NCBI GenBank assembly: GCA_963794945.1
Contig: CAWCFT010000005.1
Coordinates: 51,970-115,969 of the forward strand
Length of the DNA: 64,000 nt
Reading direction: 5' to 3'
Source: Endomicrobiales bacterium
Lineage (GTDB): Bacteria > Elusimicrobiota > Endomicrobiia > Endomicrobiales > CAWCFT01
Every line of letters begins with the position of its first letter. The stretch's first letter is position 1. The notes beneath the pieces are model-generated. The model saw nothing but the letters and a program-made list of their open reading frames with translations. It did not search any database and was not told the DNA's origin. This document shows, in pieces, positions 43,234 to 53,241 of this stretch. The translations under genes and the position numbers were made by a program.

Positions 43234-44187
43234 TTAAACCTTCTCCCGCCAATAATTCAGCAAATCGAGAAGTGTCTTTTCGAACGGTATCTCTGGCTTC
43301 CACCCTGTCGCCTGTCTAAATTTTGCATTGTCGCCCAGAAGTATCATCACGTCCGAAGGCCTCATACGTGCCGGTTGCTGTTCTACTTTGACCTTTATCT
43401 TTGAATAGCTAAGTAAAATATCAAGTACTTCCTGTATCTTCCAGTCTTTTCCCTGACAAATATTGTATTCCTCTCCGCGCTTGCATTTCTCAGTGGCAAG
43501 CCAATATCCTCTCACCATATCGCGGACATCGGTGTAGTCGCGCCGGGCATCCAGATTTCCAACATGGATAACTGGAGGTAGTTTGCCTTTCTCTATTTTA
43601 GCTATCTGACTTGCAAAATTACTTTCCACGAACACTTCACCTCTTCGCGGCCCGGTATGATTGAACCCTCTGGTCCTAACAATATTCATTCCGTACGACA
43701 TAGCGTACTGGTAACCAAGCATGTCCTGACCAACCTTCGATACTCCATAAGGTGAGAGAGGCCTCAACGGGTTCGTTTCTTTGATCGGTGTTTCTTCTGG
43801 GAGCACCATTCCGTACTCTTCTGATGAGCATGCTATCTGTATCCAGGGACTAATACCGATTTTTTGAACGGCTTCAAATATATTAAGTTCCCCTATTATG
43901 TTTGTTGTGATGGTTTCGGCAGGCGCGTTCCATGAAGTCGGTACGAAACTTTGGGCCGCAAGGTGGAATATTTTATCTGGCTTTATTAAATCGATGGCTT
44001 TTTCTACGCTTGACGCATCCCTCATATCACACTCAATAAGCTTGATCTTGTCCTTAATGTGCTCAACATTGTCCGTTTTCGAACGCCATCTTTCAATACC
44101 CCAAACCTCTACATCTTTTTTTTCAAGCAAAAACTCTGCGAGATGGCTTCCGACAAAACCCGTGATCCCTGTCACCAATACTTTCAT
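43234..44187 (-). CDS. GDP-mannose 4,6-dehydratase / GDP-4-keto-6-deoxymannose reductase family SDR
   Basis: TGITGFVGSHL, HLAAQSFV, FNHTGPRRG, GNLDARRD. Confidence 0.85.
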   Translation of the reverse strand: MKVLVTGITGFVGSHLAEFLLEKKDVEVWGIERWRSKTDNVEHIKDKIKLIECDMRDASSVEKAIDLIKPDKIFHLAAQSFVPTSWNAPAETITTNIIGELNIFEAVQKIGISPWIQIACSSEEYGMVLPEETPIKETNPLRPLSPYGVSKVGQDMLGYQYAMSYGMNIVRTRGFNHTGPRRGEVFVESNFASQIAKIEKGKLPPVIHVGNLDARRDYTDVRDMVRGYWLATEKCKRGEEYNICQGKDWKIQEVLDILLSYSKIKVKVEQQPARMRPSDVMILLGDNAKFRQATGWKPEIPFEKTLLDLLNYWREKV

Positions 44188-44849
44188 TATTTTTTTCTCC
44201 CTTCAAGAATAAATGAGATCAAAGTACAACAAAACATGGAAACGATAAACACTATTATTACAGTCTGTTTTATCTTTACAGGCATAGGCTCAGTATTGAT
44301 AAAAGGCGGAACCATTATTTCTGTATTAGTTAATCTGAATTCCGATACACCTGATGATAGCGGTATGGGATCAATAGTTTTCTTTACATACTTTAATAGA
44401 TTGTCAAGATCTTGCTGGGCGTCTGAATACATTTTTCTGTGGCGTTGAATTATAATCTCTGTGACACCCCTAACCACTTCAGCAGCTCTTACCGCGCTGG
44501 TATTTGTATTGCGTATTTTCAAAAGACCTGACTGGTCCGAGTATTCGATACTTGAGTTTATTGAGCTGATAAATTTTAAATTGTCTTTTTCGTTGAGTTT
44601 TTCAGCTATTTCTTGTCTCATAGGCAACGACTGCATTATATCCTTAAGAGAAGATATTGACTCAAAAGGCGCGCTGCCAATACATCCTATCTTCAATAAT
44701 GAATATGATTCATAAACTTTTGGTGACGCCCCCATTATGAACCACACTAAGAATGATGCAATAAAAGCCGGAAACAATATTATTTTCCAATGTATTTTTA
44801 TTATTTGAAAAATTTCATCAAGACTGATTTCCTGCTGATCGGGCTCCAT
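44187..44849 (-). CDS. wzz: Wzz-like chain-length determinant (short)
   Basis: EISLDEIFQII start; two terminal TM helices; Pro-rich segment before TM2. Confidence 0.72.
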   Translation of the reverse strand: MEPDQQEISLDEIFQIIKIHWKIILFPAFIASFLVWFIMGASPKVYESYSLLKIGCIGSAPFESISSLKDIMQSLPMRQEIAEKLNEKDNLKFISSINSSIEYSDQSGLLKIRNTNTSAVRAAEVVRGVTEIIIQRHRKMYSDAQQDLDNLLKYVKKTIDPIPLSSGVSEFRLTNTEIMVPPFINTEPMPVKIKQTVIIVFIVSMFCCTLISFILEGRKK

Positions 44850-44879
44850 TTTATATCTCCTTTACTAAATTATCATTGA

Positions 44880-44908
44880 ATTATATAATAATTGTTCTTG
44901 AAAATCAA
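44880..44908 (-). promoter_or_regulatory. Putative sigma70 promoter at the head of the glycan locus
   Basis: TTGATT-17 bp-TATAAT upstream of the AAGGAG RBS of wzz. Confidence 0.55.
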
Positions 44909-44914
44909 ATGTTA

Positions 44915-47044
44915 CTATCGCCAGGGATAGAACTCCTTTTCGAAAGCCTGGTTGTAAAGCTTTTTTCTGTTCTTGGATAATGCTGTGAGATTTAGCTGAA
45001 AATATATCTCTTGGGTCGGTTGTGGCATTGTCAGCATCCTTCTATAGGTAACTTTTAGCTCCCAGCAGTGAAGGTTGCGGTAAATTGATACCTGTTGGTC
45101 ATTTAAATTAATACTATTGAACTTGTCAGGCGTATTTCCGACAAGCCTGTAATCGATCTTCCATTTTTCATTAGGTCTGTAGCCGAAACTCACGTTGAAC
45201 CCAAGGTTATCTGGCTGGTCGGCCTGATAAAATGCTCCAAGGCTGACGTACTGATCATCTATTTGCCCTACGGTCAATATGCTTTGAATAGACCTTAAGT
45301 ATGTTGAATCTATCGGATCCAGATACGTGAGATAAAGATTGTTTGTTTCCTTAACATAGAGACTTAGTGATCGTTTAGGCACCCATGTAAGCTCATTTAC
45401 TAGAGGGGCAAATTTTTGCCTCCAATCATCTACAACTTCCCCCCTGTTTGTAACAAGGTTATAGCTGGTAGAACTCTTGATATTCACCCGTCCGTGGTAG
45501 TACAGGTTCTGGAAATATATCTGATTAAGATCCTGTCCGTAATCCACAGCGTCACTATCGACGGCAAAATCGTTAACCTTTGAACGAAGAGTATAGTTGT
45601 AGCCAATATCCCATGTCACTGACCTTGAAACATAATACCGCATGTTCACACTGGATATATACCTTGTTATAAAACTATTGCTGTCTACATTTAGCGGGTC
45701 ATCCCAGTTCTCACTGACAGCTAAAAGAGGTGTTATTGACAGCTTTTTTCTCAGGAAGGTATAGCTTCTCTTTATGTCTACCTTGGTAAAAGCCGATTCT
45801 TCGTAAAAATCGCCCGCTTCATTGTAACTGTTCTGAAAAGTCATATTCAATGTACTATTATACGGTGACTTGTTCAGAAGTGAAAAACGTGTATAACTAA
45901 TCGATGGCAGCAGCTCCGATGTCGTAACAAAAGCGCCGGCAGTGCCCGTGGAAATATCGGTGCGGTTCGCGCTGATTGTAAGATTGCTTTGTTTCGTTTG
46001 CCTTGTAAAAGCGAGGCTTGAATCTATCTCTCTTTGGAACAGTGCCCAGTTATCCTGCAAATACTGGCTGCCAAATGTCGTACTATTGACGTAGTTTATA
46101 TTTGATCTGCTTGTCCATTCCGCATCCAGCTTCTGCCAGTGGGCTATCTTAAGATTAAAGTATTCATTCCCAGTACTATCTTCTTTCATATGGTACGCAT
46201 AAATGCTGCCTTTTAGTTTACCTGGATCGTTATAATCGTACTCTCCACCCTCGCCCCATCCGCGAAGTTCGTAATAATCCAGATAGAGTTTTCCGTATGA
46301 ATTTTTGTTAATTTGCATAGTATAAATAGTTTTTATCAGTACGCCATCCGTGCTATTATAACCTGGGATTATCTCCAAGCTACGGGTAAATCCTCCGCCA
46401 CCACCGCTTAACGGCTGAGAAAATATAGGCAGATAAAATATGGGAACTCTTCTGATATAGAACACAGCGTTATACATCGTAATGCGTTTTCCTGTAACTA
46501 TTTTAGCTTTGCTTGACCTGATCGTATAATGAGGACTAGCGTAATCACAGGTAGTCATTACCATATTTTTCATTTCGTACTTATTTTCGTCTATTTGATT
46601 CATTGTTCTTGCGGCAAAATACCATGGCGTTAGAGAACCGAAAGCCTTGTCGGTTTCCGCAGTATGGCTTTTGTAATCATAAGTAAGGCCATCACAGAAC
46701 ATAGTATTTTTACTATCCATAAATGTCACGGTCCCTTTCGCGATGAGAAACTCCCTGTCAGTCCAGAACTCAACTTTGTCCGCGTTAAGCACCTTGTCTC
46801 CCCACAAAACGGTTACGCTGCCTTCAGCGATCACATATTTGCTTTCCTGATCGTATTCAAGTGATGTCGACCTTATGGTCACCTCAGCACCATTTAGCAG
46901 ATGCGCGAATGAAAACAAAACAAAAAATAGCAGCGCTATGGGGCGCAGCCACGTAAAAATTAAATACTTATTAACTTGTTTTTTATTATAAAGGGATCGG
47001 CAGGGTTTCATAGGCGGCATTCTTGATTGTGGATATAAAACCAA
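44915..47044 (-). CDS. lptD: LPS-assembly protein LptD-like outer-membrane protein (true start probably downstream)
   Basis: Signal-peptide-like segment, OstA-like N-domain, TTC...PHY, VPIFYLP, C-terminal RNLHCWEL. Confidence 0.78.
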   Translation of the reverse strand: MVLYPQSRMPPMKPCRSLYNKKQVNKYLIFTWLRPIALLFFVLFSFAHLLNGAEVTIRSTSLEYDQESKYVIAEGSVTVLWGDKVLNADKVEFWTDREFLIAKGTVTFMDSKNTMFCDGLTYDYKSHTAETDKAFGSLTPWYFAARTMNQIDENKYEMKNMVMTTCDYASPHYTIRSSKAKIVTGKRITMYNAVFYIRRVPIFYLPIFSQPLSGGGGGFTRSLEIIPGYNSTDGVLIKTIYTMQINKNSYGKLYLDYYELRGWGEGGEYDYNDPGKLKGSIYAYHMKEDSTGNEYFNLKIAHWQKLDAEWTSRSNINYVNSTTFGSQYLQDNWALFQREIDSSLAFTRQTKQSNLTISANRTDISTGTAGAFVTTSELLPSISYTRFSLLNKSPYNSTLNMTFQNSYNEAGDFYEESAFTKVDIKRSYTFLRKKLSITPLLAVSENWDDPLNVDSNSFITRYISSVNMRYYVSRSVTWDIGYNYTLRSKVNDFAVDSDAVDYGQDLNQIYFQNLYYHGRVNIKSSTSYNLVTNRGEVVDDWRQKFAPLVNELTWVPKRSLSLYVKETNNLYLTYLDPIDSTYLRSIQSILTVGQIDDQYVSLGAFYQADQPDNLGFNVSFGYRPNEKWKIDYRLVGNTPDKFNSINLNDQQVSIYRNLHCWELKVTYRRMLTMPQPTQEIYFQLNLTALSKNRKKLYNQAFEKEFYPWR

Positions 47045-47098
47045 AATACATCTAAACCAGAGGCTCCTTATTCGTTTGAAGGGGCCTTTCGCTTTATG

Positions 47099-48037
47099 TC
47101 ATTTTGCCAGCAGCGCCGCACCGACAACTCCTAATTTTTGGTCGTATTTTGAGATGTTAATTTTACATTTCTTTGTCGGTGTTGCAAAAGCCCTTTCTCT
47201 GATCGTTATTCTCACCGGTTCAAGCAGCAACTCATTAGCTTTGCTTATGCCTCCGGCAAGTATGATCATCTCCGGATTAATAAGGTTTATAACACCAGCC
47301 AAGACTATACCGAGCTTTTCACCAGCCTCTTTCCACATTTTCAGAGCGTAAGCGTCGCCCTTTCTTGCTGCCTCAGCTATAACTTTAGGTGTTATCTTTT
47401 CCAGGTTCCCGCCAACCAGATCGTGCATCATGGGGCTCTTACCTGACCGTACGCCTTCTCTCGCGTAAAAGCTCATATTGGGCGCACCAATGTAGCGCTC
47501 TATGCACCCTCTGCTCCCGCAATTGCATTCTGGTCCATCTGGATTATACGGCATGTGTCCTATCTCACCAGCTGTGCCGGATGCGCCCCTGTAAAGCTTG
47601 CCTTCGCATATTATACCACCGCCGACGCCTGTGCCCAGCGTAACGCACAGGAGGTTGTGCGCTTTGCCTTTGGTTTCGAGCCAGAACGCGCCAAGCGCGG
47701 CTGCATTCGCGTCGTTATCTACAACGATCGGTTTTGGTAGGTCTCTACCCAAGAGAATACGCAAGTTGGCATTTTTCCATCTGGGAAGATTTGGAGAAAA
47801 ACGCACAACTCCCCTTTTCTGGTCTATATCGCCCGCAACTCCTATTCCTGTGCCCGAAATGCGCCTGAAATCTTTCATGCCTCTGGCTTTATCAACTATA
47901 TCTTCACAAAGTTTCTTAGGCGACATTGTCGGATCGTTCTTAAGCTCTCCGCTTTCAATTATGTTGCCCTTTTCATCAACGATCGCAAGCTTGATCTCCG
48001 TCCCCCCAAGATCGATCCCAAGAAATAATTTAACCAT
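47099..48037 (-). CDS. ROK-family sugar kinase (glucokinase)
   Basis: GIDLGGT, NDANAAA, LGTGVGGG, GEIGH, CNCGSRGCIE. Confidence 0.9.
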   Translation of the reverse strand: MVKLFLGIDLGGTEIKLAIVDEKGNIIESGELKNDPTMSPKKLCEDIVDKARGMKDFRRISGTGIGVAGDIDQKRGVVRFSPNLPRWKNANLRILLGRDLPKPIVVDNDANAAALGAFWLETKGKAHNLLCVTLGTGVGGGIICEGKLYRGASGTAGEIGHMPYNPDGPECNCGSRGCIERYIGAPNMSFYAREGVRSGKSPMMHDLVGGNLEKITPKVIAEAARKGDAYALKMWKEAGEKLGIVLAGVINLINPEMIILAGGISKANELLLEPVRITIRERAFATPTKKCKINISKYDQKLGVVGAALLAK

Positions 48038-49322
48038 GATTTTGTTCACCCTTTTTTATTATTTGTAACGCTTCCCCCACAAGGTAAAGCGATCCGACAA
48101 CAACTGTCGTACCCGTTGTCTGGCCCAATGCTTCACGCAATGACCCCGAAACTGATACCTCGTGCTTCGAATCTATTCTCAGAAATACTTTTCTAAGGTC
48201 TTGGACATCTATAGTCCTGGCAGACCTGACCGGAACTATCACAACTTTCCCGTCCAATTTCAATATTTCTTCCGCAATTTTCTTGTAATCTTTGTCTTTA
48301 AGCACACCAAATATAACGTTGAACGGCTTCTCTGCCCAAACACTTTCTTTAAATGATTCAGAGAAAACCTTTATACCACCGGGATTGTGCGCTCCGTCCA
48401 GTATTATCGTCCTATCTTTCCCGTTCAGCCTCAATCGTCTTACATCAAAACGCCCCGGCCATTTTGACTTTCTTAACCCTTCCTTTATAGCCGCGTTGCT
48501 TAGCCTAAAACCATTTTTATCTAGTATCCGCGCGGCGGCAACCGCCAAACCCGCGTTATTTACCTGATATTTACCCAATAATGGAACTTGAATATTTATC
48601 TTCCCAAACTTGTCACAATAAGAAATGTACTGCATGCATTTTGTCCAGTTCGTCTTGACGCCTTTTGTCTTAAAATCCCTGCCGGCTATCCATATTTCAG
48701 ATCCCGATCTTTTCGCTGTGCTGCTGACCACTTTTAGCGTAATCTTCCGCCCGGCCCCGTTAATTACAGGACAGCCTTCTTTGATTATCCCCGCTTTTTC
48801 CATCGCTATCTTGGCGATGCTGTCGCCCAGTATGTCTGTGTGGTCGTAATCAATGCCTGTTATAACAGTCACTGCAGGTCTTTTGATAATGTTTGTGGCG
48901 TCAAACCGGCCACCGAGCCCGGTTTCTAAAACTGCTATATCAATCTTTTCTTCCTTGAAATAAATAAAGGCTAGCGCCGTTATGAACTCAAAGAACGTTA
49001 GCTTAAATTTCTTTGCAAGTGCGTAATATTCTTTCCCAAGCACCTCAAGCCGTGGTGAAGCTATTTCTTTGGAATTTACCCTCATCCTTTCGTTGAGAGA
49101 GACCAGGTGTGGTGATGTGTAGAGGCCAGTCTTATAGCCGGCGGTCTCGAGCATGCTTGCGATCATCACGGCCGTAGACCCTTTGCCGTTTGTGCCCGCT
49201 ATGTGCACCGACCAGTAACATTCCTGGGGGTCGCCAATTTCCTTAAGGAACACTCTGATCCTGCCCAGCCCAGGATTCATATCGGTATATTCTAATTTCT
49301 GCCAAAGAGCAAGACTTTTCAT
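48030..49322 (-). CDS. folC: Folylpolyglutamate synthase / dihydrofolate synthase
   Basis: GTNGKGS, YTSPHL, ETGLGGRFDATN, WPGR, DGAHN. Confidence 0.95.
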   Translation of the reverse strand: MKSLALWQKLEYTDMNPGLGRIRVFLKEIGDPQECYWSVHIAGTNGKGSTAVMIASMLETAGYKTGLYTSPHLVSLNERMRVNSKEIASPRLEVLGKEYYALAKKFKLTFFEFITALAFIYFKEEKIDIAVLETGLGGRFDATNIIKRPAVTVITGIDYDHTDILGDSIAKIAMEKAGIIKEGCPVINGAGRKITLKVVSSTAKRSGSEIWIAGRDFKTKGVKTNWTKCMQYISYCDKFGKINIQVPLLGKYQVNNAGLAVAAARILDKNGFRLSNAAIKEGLRKSKWPGRFDVRRLRLNGKDRTIILDGAHNPGGIKVFSESFKESVWAEKPFNVIFGVLKDKDYKKIAEEILKLDGKVVIVPVRSARTIDVQDLRKVFLRIDSKHEVSVSGSLREALGQTTGTTVVVGSLYLVGEALQIIKKGEQNHG

Positions 49323-49336
49323 GTCAATAACACTTT

Positions 49337-49390
49337 ATTAAAGATTGTCAATGATTCAGATTTTAAATTTTCAATCTTTAATTTTTAATT
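49337..49390. repeat. AT-rich inverted repeat with heptamer periodicity between accD and folC
   Basis: ATTAAAGATTG (49337-49347) / CAATCTTTAAT (49372-49382); run AGATTTT AAATTTT CAATCTT TAATTTT. Confidence 0.55.
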
Positions 49391-50191
49391 AGGCTTTAGA
49401 TAATCCAGGAGCTTTATGACCGTATCTTTCAGGTTTTTTCTCTCCGCTATAACATCAACAATACCGTGGCTCAATAGGAATTCGAACAGCTGGAACCCGG
49501 CGGGCAGCTTCTGTCTTATGGTCTGCTCTATGACTCTGGGCCCTGCGAAACCTATCAGGGCGTTCGGTTCCGCCACTATAATATCGCCGAGCATCGCGAA
49601 CGATGCCGCAACGCCGCCTGTCGTAGGGTCCGTAAGAATAGAGATAAACGGGAGCTTTTTCTCAGCCAGCAGCGCAAGCGCCGCGCTGGTCTTCGCCATC
49701 TGCATCAGCGACAGAATACCTTCCTGCATCCTTGCGCCGCCGGAAGCTGAAACTATTATCACCGGTAGATTGTTGTCGATGGCATATTCCACAGCCCTTA
49801 CGATCTTTTCTCCAACAGCGGAACCCATGCTGCCGCCCATAAACTCAAAATCCATCACGCAGATCGCTACCTTATGTTCCCCCATCTTGATCTCGCCTGT
49901 AACAACAGCGTCCTTGTCGCGGCCGTAAGCGTTTAGTTTTTTTGAGTAATCAGGGAACTTCAGCGGATCGGCTGAAACGATTTCCGTGTCGAATTCTTTA
50001 AAGGAGTTCTTCTCGGCCAGCTGTTCGATCCTCTCGTGAGCATTGAGCCTGAAATAATAACCACACTTCGGGCAGATCATGTAATTTTCTTCCAGCTTCT
50101 TCTGGTATATTATTTGCTCGCATTTCTTGCACTTGGCCCAGAGCCCTTCCGGTATCTCTTTTTTTGAGCTTTTAACTACTTGTTTTGCCAT
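49385..50191 (-). CDS. accD: Acetyl-CoA carboxylase carboxyltransferase beta subunit
   Basis: WAKCKKC..CPKC zinc finger, GGSMGS, SGGARMQEG, PTTGGV. Confidence 0.96.
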   Translation of the reverse strand: MAKQVVKSSKKEIPEGLWAKCKKCEQIIYQKKLEENYMICPKCGYYFRLNAHERIEQLAEKNSFKEFDTEIVSADPLKFPDYSKKLNAYGRDKDAVVTGEIKMGEHKVAICVMDFEFMGGSMGSAVGEKIVRAVEYAIDNNLPVIIVSASGGARMQEGILSLMQMAKTSAALALLAEKKLPFISILTDPTTGGVAASFAMLGDIIVAEPNALIGFAGPRVIEQTIRQKLPAGFQLFEFLLSHGIVDVIAERKNLKDTVIKLLDYLKPN

Positions 50192-50244
50192 CTTTCCTCC
50201 TAAACCGTCTATGCGTAGCTATTTTCACAGATCCTGATTACACT

Positions 50245-51048
50245 TCACTTTTTATCCAATTCCCGTCTTAACGACTTTATGAACGACCCGAGTTTTGGGT
50301 ACGCATCTTTTATATTCTTTCTATTTCTAATGATCTCTATCAGCGCCGAGGCGACTATGAAGCCGTCAACGTATTTTTTCAGTTCTCGTACCTGACCCGC
50401 GCTTGAGATACCGAAACCGATTATCCTGGGATTCTGTTTAATTTTTTGGGACGTAGTTATCAAGTATTGTTTGGTACTTCCCGGAAGCGCTTTTCTGGCG
50501 CCTGTTACACCTGAGATGGAGACCACGTAAACGAACCCGCTGCTGGCTTTATCAATGAATTTAAGTCTCTGTTCCGGAGTATTTGGAGCTGTGAGGTGTA
50601 TCAGGGACAAACCGTATTTTCCACAAACCCTGCGGAGCTCTGCGCTTTCTTCAGGAATTATGTCAGGTATTATAAACCCGTCCACACCGCTTTTTTTTGC
50701 CTGGGCCATAGTGTTTTCAAAGCCGTGCCTTAAAAATGGGTTCATGTAACCCATAAGGACGATCGGTATCTCAGATCGTTTCCTTATATCTTTTACTATC
50801 CCGAAAACCTTCTCGACGGTCATGCCTTTTCCGAGAGCTGTTTGGGAGGCGAACTGAACCGACCTTCCATCAGCAATCGGGTCCGAGAAAGGTACTCCTA
50901 TTTCTAATATATCCGCGCCGCTTTTTTCGAAAAGGGCCGCGAGCTTTACGGTTTCCTTACAATCCGGATAGCCTGCAGTCAAATAAGTAACGAGCGCCTT
51001 ACCAGAAGAAGTTTTGAGTGACTTTAGTTTATTTTCGAGCCTGTTCAT
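50245..51048 (-). CDS. trpA: Tryptophan synthase alpha chain
   Basis: [28 protein letters not shown]. Confidence 0.95.
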   Translation of the reverse strand: MNRLENKLKSLKTSSGKALVTYLTAGYPDCKETVKLAALFEKSGADILEIGVPFSDPIADGRSVQFASQTALGKGMTVEKVFGIVKDIRKRSEIPIVLMGYMNPFLRHGFENTMAQAKKSGVDGFIIPDIIPEESAELRRVCGKYGLSLIHLTAPNTPEQRLKFIDKASSGFVYVVSISGVTGARKALPGSTKQYLITTSQKIKQNPRIIGFGISSAGQVRELKKYVDGFIVASALIEIIRNRKNIKDAYPKLGSFIKSLRRELDKK

Positions 51049-52192
51049 ATAAGTTTCGATTTTATAGCTGTATCAACATCTTTATCGCCGCGTCCCGAAA
51101 GACAGACCGCGATTATCTTGTTCTTAGAAAGCCCCGGCGCAAGCTTTGGCAGGTACGCAAGCGCGTGGGACGATTCTAGCGCCGGTATAATGCCTTCTAG
51201 CTCGGAAAGTGTTTTGAACGCGCTGAGCGCTTCCTGGTCAGTTATAGGATAATATTCAGCCCTACCGGTTTCCTTGAAGAAACTGTGTTCCGGGCCGACT
51301 CCCGGATAATCAAGACCGGCAGAAATTGAATGTGTCTCGGATATCTGGCCGTCCTTGTCCTGCAGGACAAACGTCCTCATACCGTGCAGCACGCCTACCC
51401 TGCCTTTTGAAAGCGTGGCGGCCCTGCCGCCTCAAGCCCCACGAGCTTAACACTTTTGTCATTATAGAATGGAGCGAACATACCCATCGAGTTACTGCCG
51501 CCGCCTACACAGGCTATCGCGTAATCAGGCAGCCTGCCTTCAAGGGAGCGCATCTGTTTCTTTGTTTCTTTTCCTATCACAGACTGAAAAGTCCTGACCA
51601 TTAAAGGGTACGGATGCGCACCCATTGTTGAACCTATGACATAGTATGTGTCTTTGACAGTGCCAACCCAATCGCGGAATGCTTCGTTTATGGCGTCTTT
51701 TAGTGTTCTGCTCCCGGCGTTTACCGATATGACTTTTGCGCCCAGCAGCTCCATTCTGAACACATTCAGAGCCTGCCGGCGTATGTCTTCTTCACCCATG
51801 AATATCTCGCACTTAAGCCCAAAAAGTGCGGCGGCAGTAGCTGTGGCCACCCCGTGCTGTCCTGCGCCTGTTTCTGCTATCACGCGCTTTTTGGCAAGCC
51901 GTTTGGCTAGAAGCACCTGCGCGAGGCTGTTGTTTATTTTGTGGGATCCCGTATGGCACATATCTTCGCGTTTTAGATATATCTTTGCACCGCCATATTT
52001 CTTCGTAAGCTTTTCGGCAAAATACAGGTTCGTAGGCCGTCCAGCATAGACTTTTAGATAGTAATCCAGCTCGGCAAGGAATTTCTTATCTTTGATAGCC
52101 ATGAAGAACTCTTTCTCAAGGTCCCTCAGCGGGGCCACTAGAGTTTCAGGCACGAACTGTCCGCCATAATTTCCGAAATATCCGTGTTTCAT
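51045..52192 (-). CDS. trpB: Tryptophan synthase beta chain, disrupted by a short out-of-frame deletion near 51422
   Basis: [45 protein letters not shown]. Confidence 0.93.
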
Positions 52193-52217
52193 AATAAACC
52201 CTTATTATAGAATCGCT

Positions 52218-53183
52218 TTACACTATACCTGCAGCCAGCAGATCTCTTTCGTCCAGTATGCCGACCGGCTTGCCTTTATCGTTTATAACCGGTATGTTAT
52301 CGAAATTGTGTTTCTTGAGTACTTTCGCAGCATCTACCGCGAGAGTGTCCGGCCTTATTGTCAGCGGCTGTTTTGTCATAACGTCTTTAAGCTTCCTTCC
52401 CAAAAGATGTTTGTCTTCCAGCAGTTTCCTGCGCAGGTCACCGTCTGTAAAAAAGCCTGACAGCCAACCCTTATGGTCAACAACGTTTGCCGCGCCAAGC
52501 CTTGTACTGGTCATGACCATAAGAGCGCTGCTTACTGTCTCGTTCTCACCTATAACCGGATTGTTTCTTCCCTTGCGCATAATATCGCTCACCTTAACGG
52601 TGAGCCTTTTGCCTATGCCGCCTGAAGGATGAAAGCGCGCAAGGCTCTCTTTTCTGAAACCTTTTTTATCAGAGACCGCAAGGGCAAGCGCATCGCCTAA
52701 CGCGAGCATGGCTGTTGTGGACGCCGTCGGTGCAAGATTATAGGGGCAAGCCTCGCGCTTTATAGCGCTGTTGATGACCAGGTCCGACTGGTCCCGAACC
52801 TGAGCATTAGGTTTGCCTGTTAAAACTATTATTTTGATACCCATCTTCTTTACTACTGGCAGCACTTTTTTTATTTCGTCTGTTTCGCCTGTATATGAGA
52901 GGACGAGTACAACATCTTCGCTCATTATCATGCCGATATCGCCGTGAAGGCACTCAGCCGGATGAAGGAATACGGCAGGGACACCCACGGAAGACATTGT
53001 AGCGGCTATTTTCCTGCCCACAAGTCCGGATTTCCCGAGTCCCATCACTACAACGCGTCCAGGACATTCCGAGATCACCCGTATAGCATCTGAAAAATTG
53101 CCGTCAATATGCTTGATCTGGTTCCTTACTGCCTGGGCCTCAATGACAAGAGTCTTTTTAGCGATTGAAATATACTTTTCCAT
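52218..53183 (-). CDS. kdsD: Arabinose-5-phosphate isomerase (SIS + CBS)
   Basis: GLGKSG, HGDIG, EACPYNLAPTAST, FHPSGGIG, TDGDLRR. Confidence 0.93.
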   Translation of the reverse strand: MEKYISIAKKTLVIEAQAVRNQIKHIDGNFSDAIRVISECPGRVVVMGLGKSGLVGRKIAATMSSVGVPAVFLHPAECLHGDIGMIMSEDVVLVLSYTGETDEIKKVLPVVKKMGIKIIVLTGKPNAQVRDQSDLVINSAIKREACPYNLAPTASTTAMLALGDALALAVSDKKGFRKESLARFHPSGGIGKRLTVKVSDIMRKGRNNPVIGENETVSSALMVMTSTRLGAANVVDHKGWLSGFFTDGDLRRKLLEDKHLLGRKLKDVMTKQPLTIRPDTLAVDAAKVLKKHNFDNIPVINDKGKPVGILDERDLLAAGIV

Positions 53184-53197
53184 ATTTGACCTCTTTA

Positions 53198-53240
53198 CAA
53201 ACTAAAGACTACAGTCTGTAGTCTTCAGTTTGAAGTCTTT
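53198..53240. repeat. Heptamer-built hairpin between trpF and kdsD
   Basis: CAAACTA AAGACTA CA-GTC-TG TAGTCTT CAGTTTG AAGTCTT; 16-bp stem with one mismatch. Confidence 0.72.
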
Positions 53241-53241
53241 G

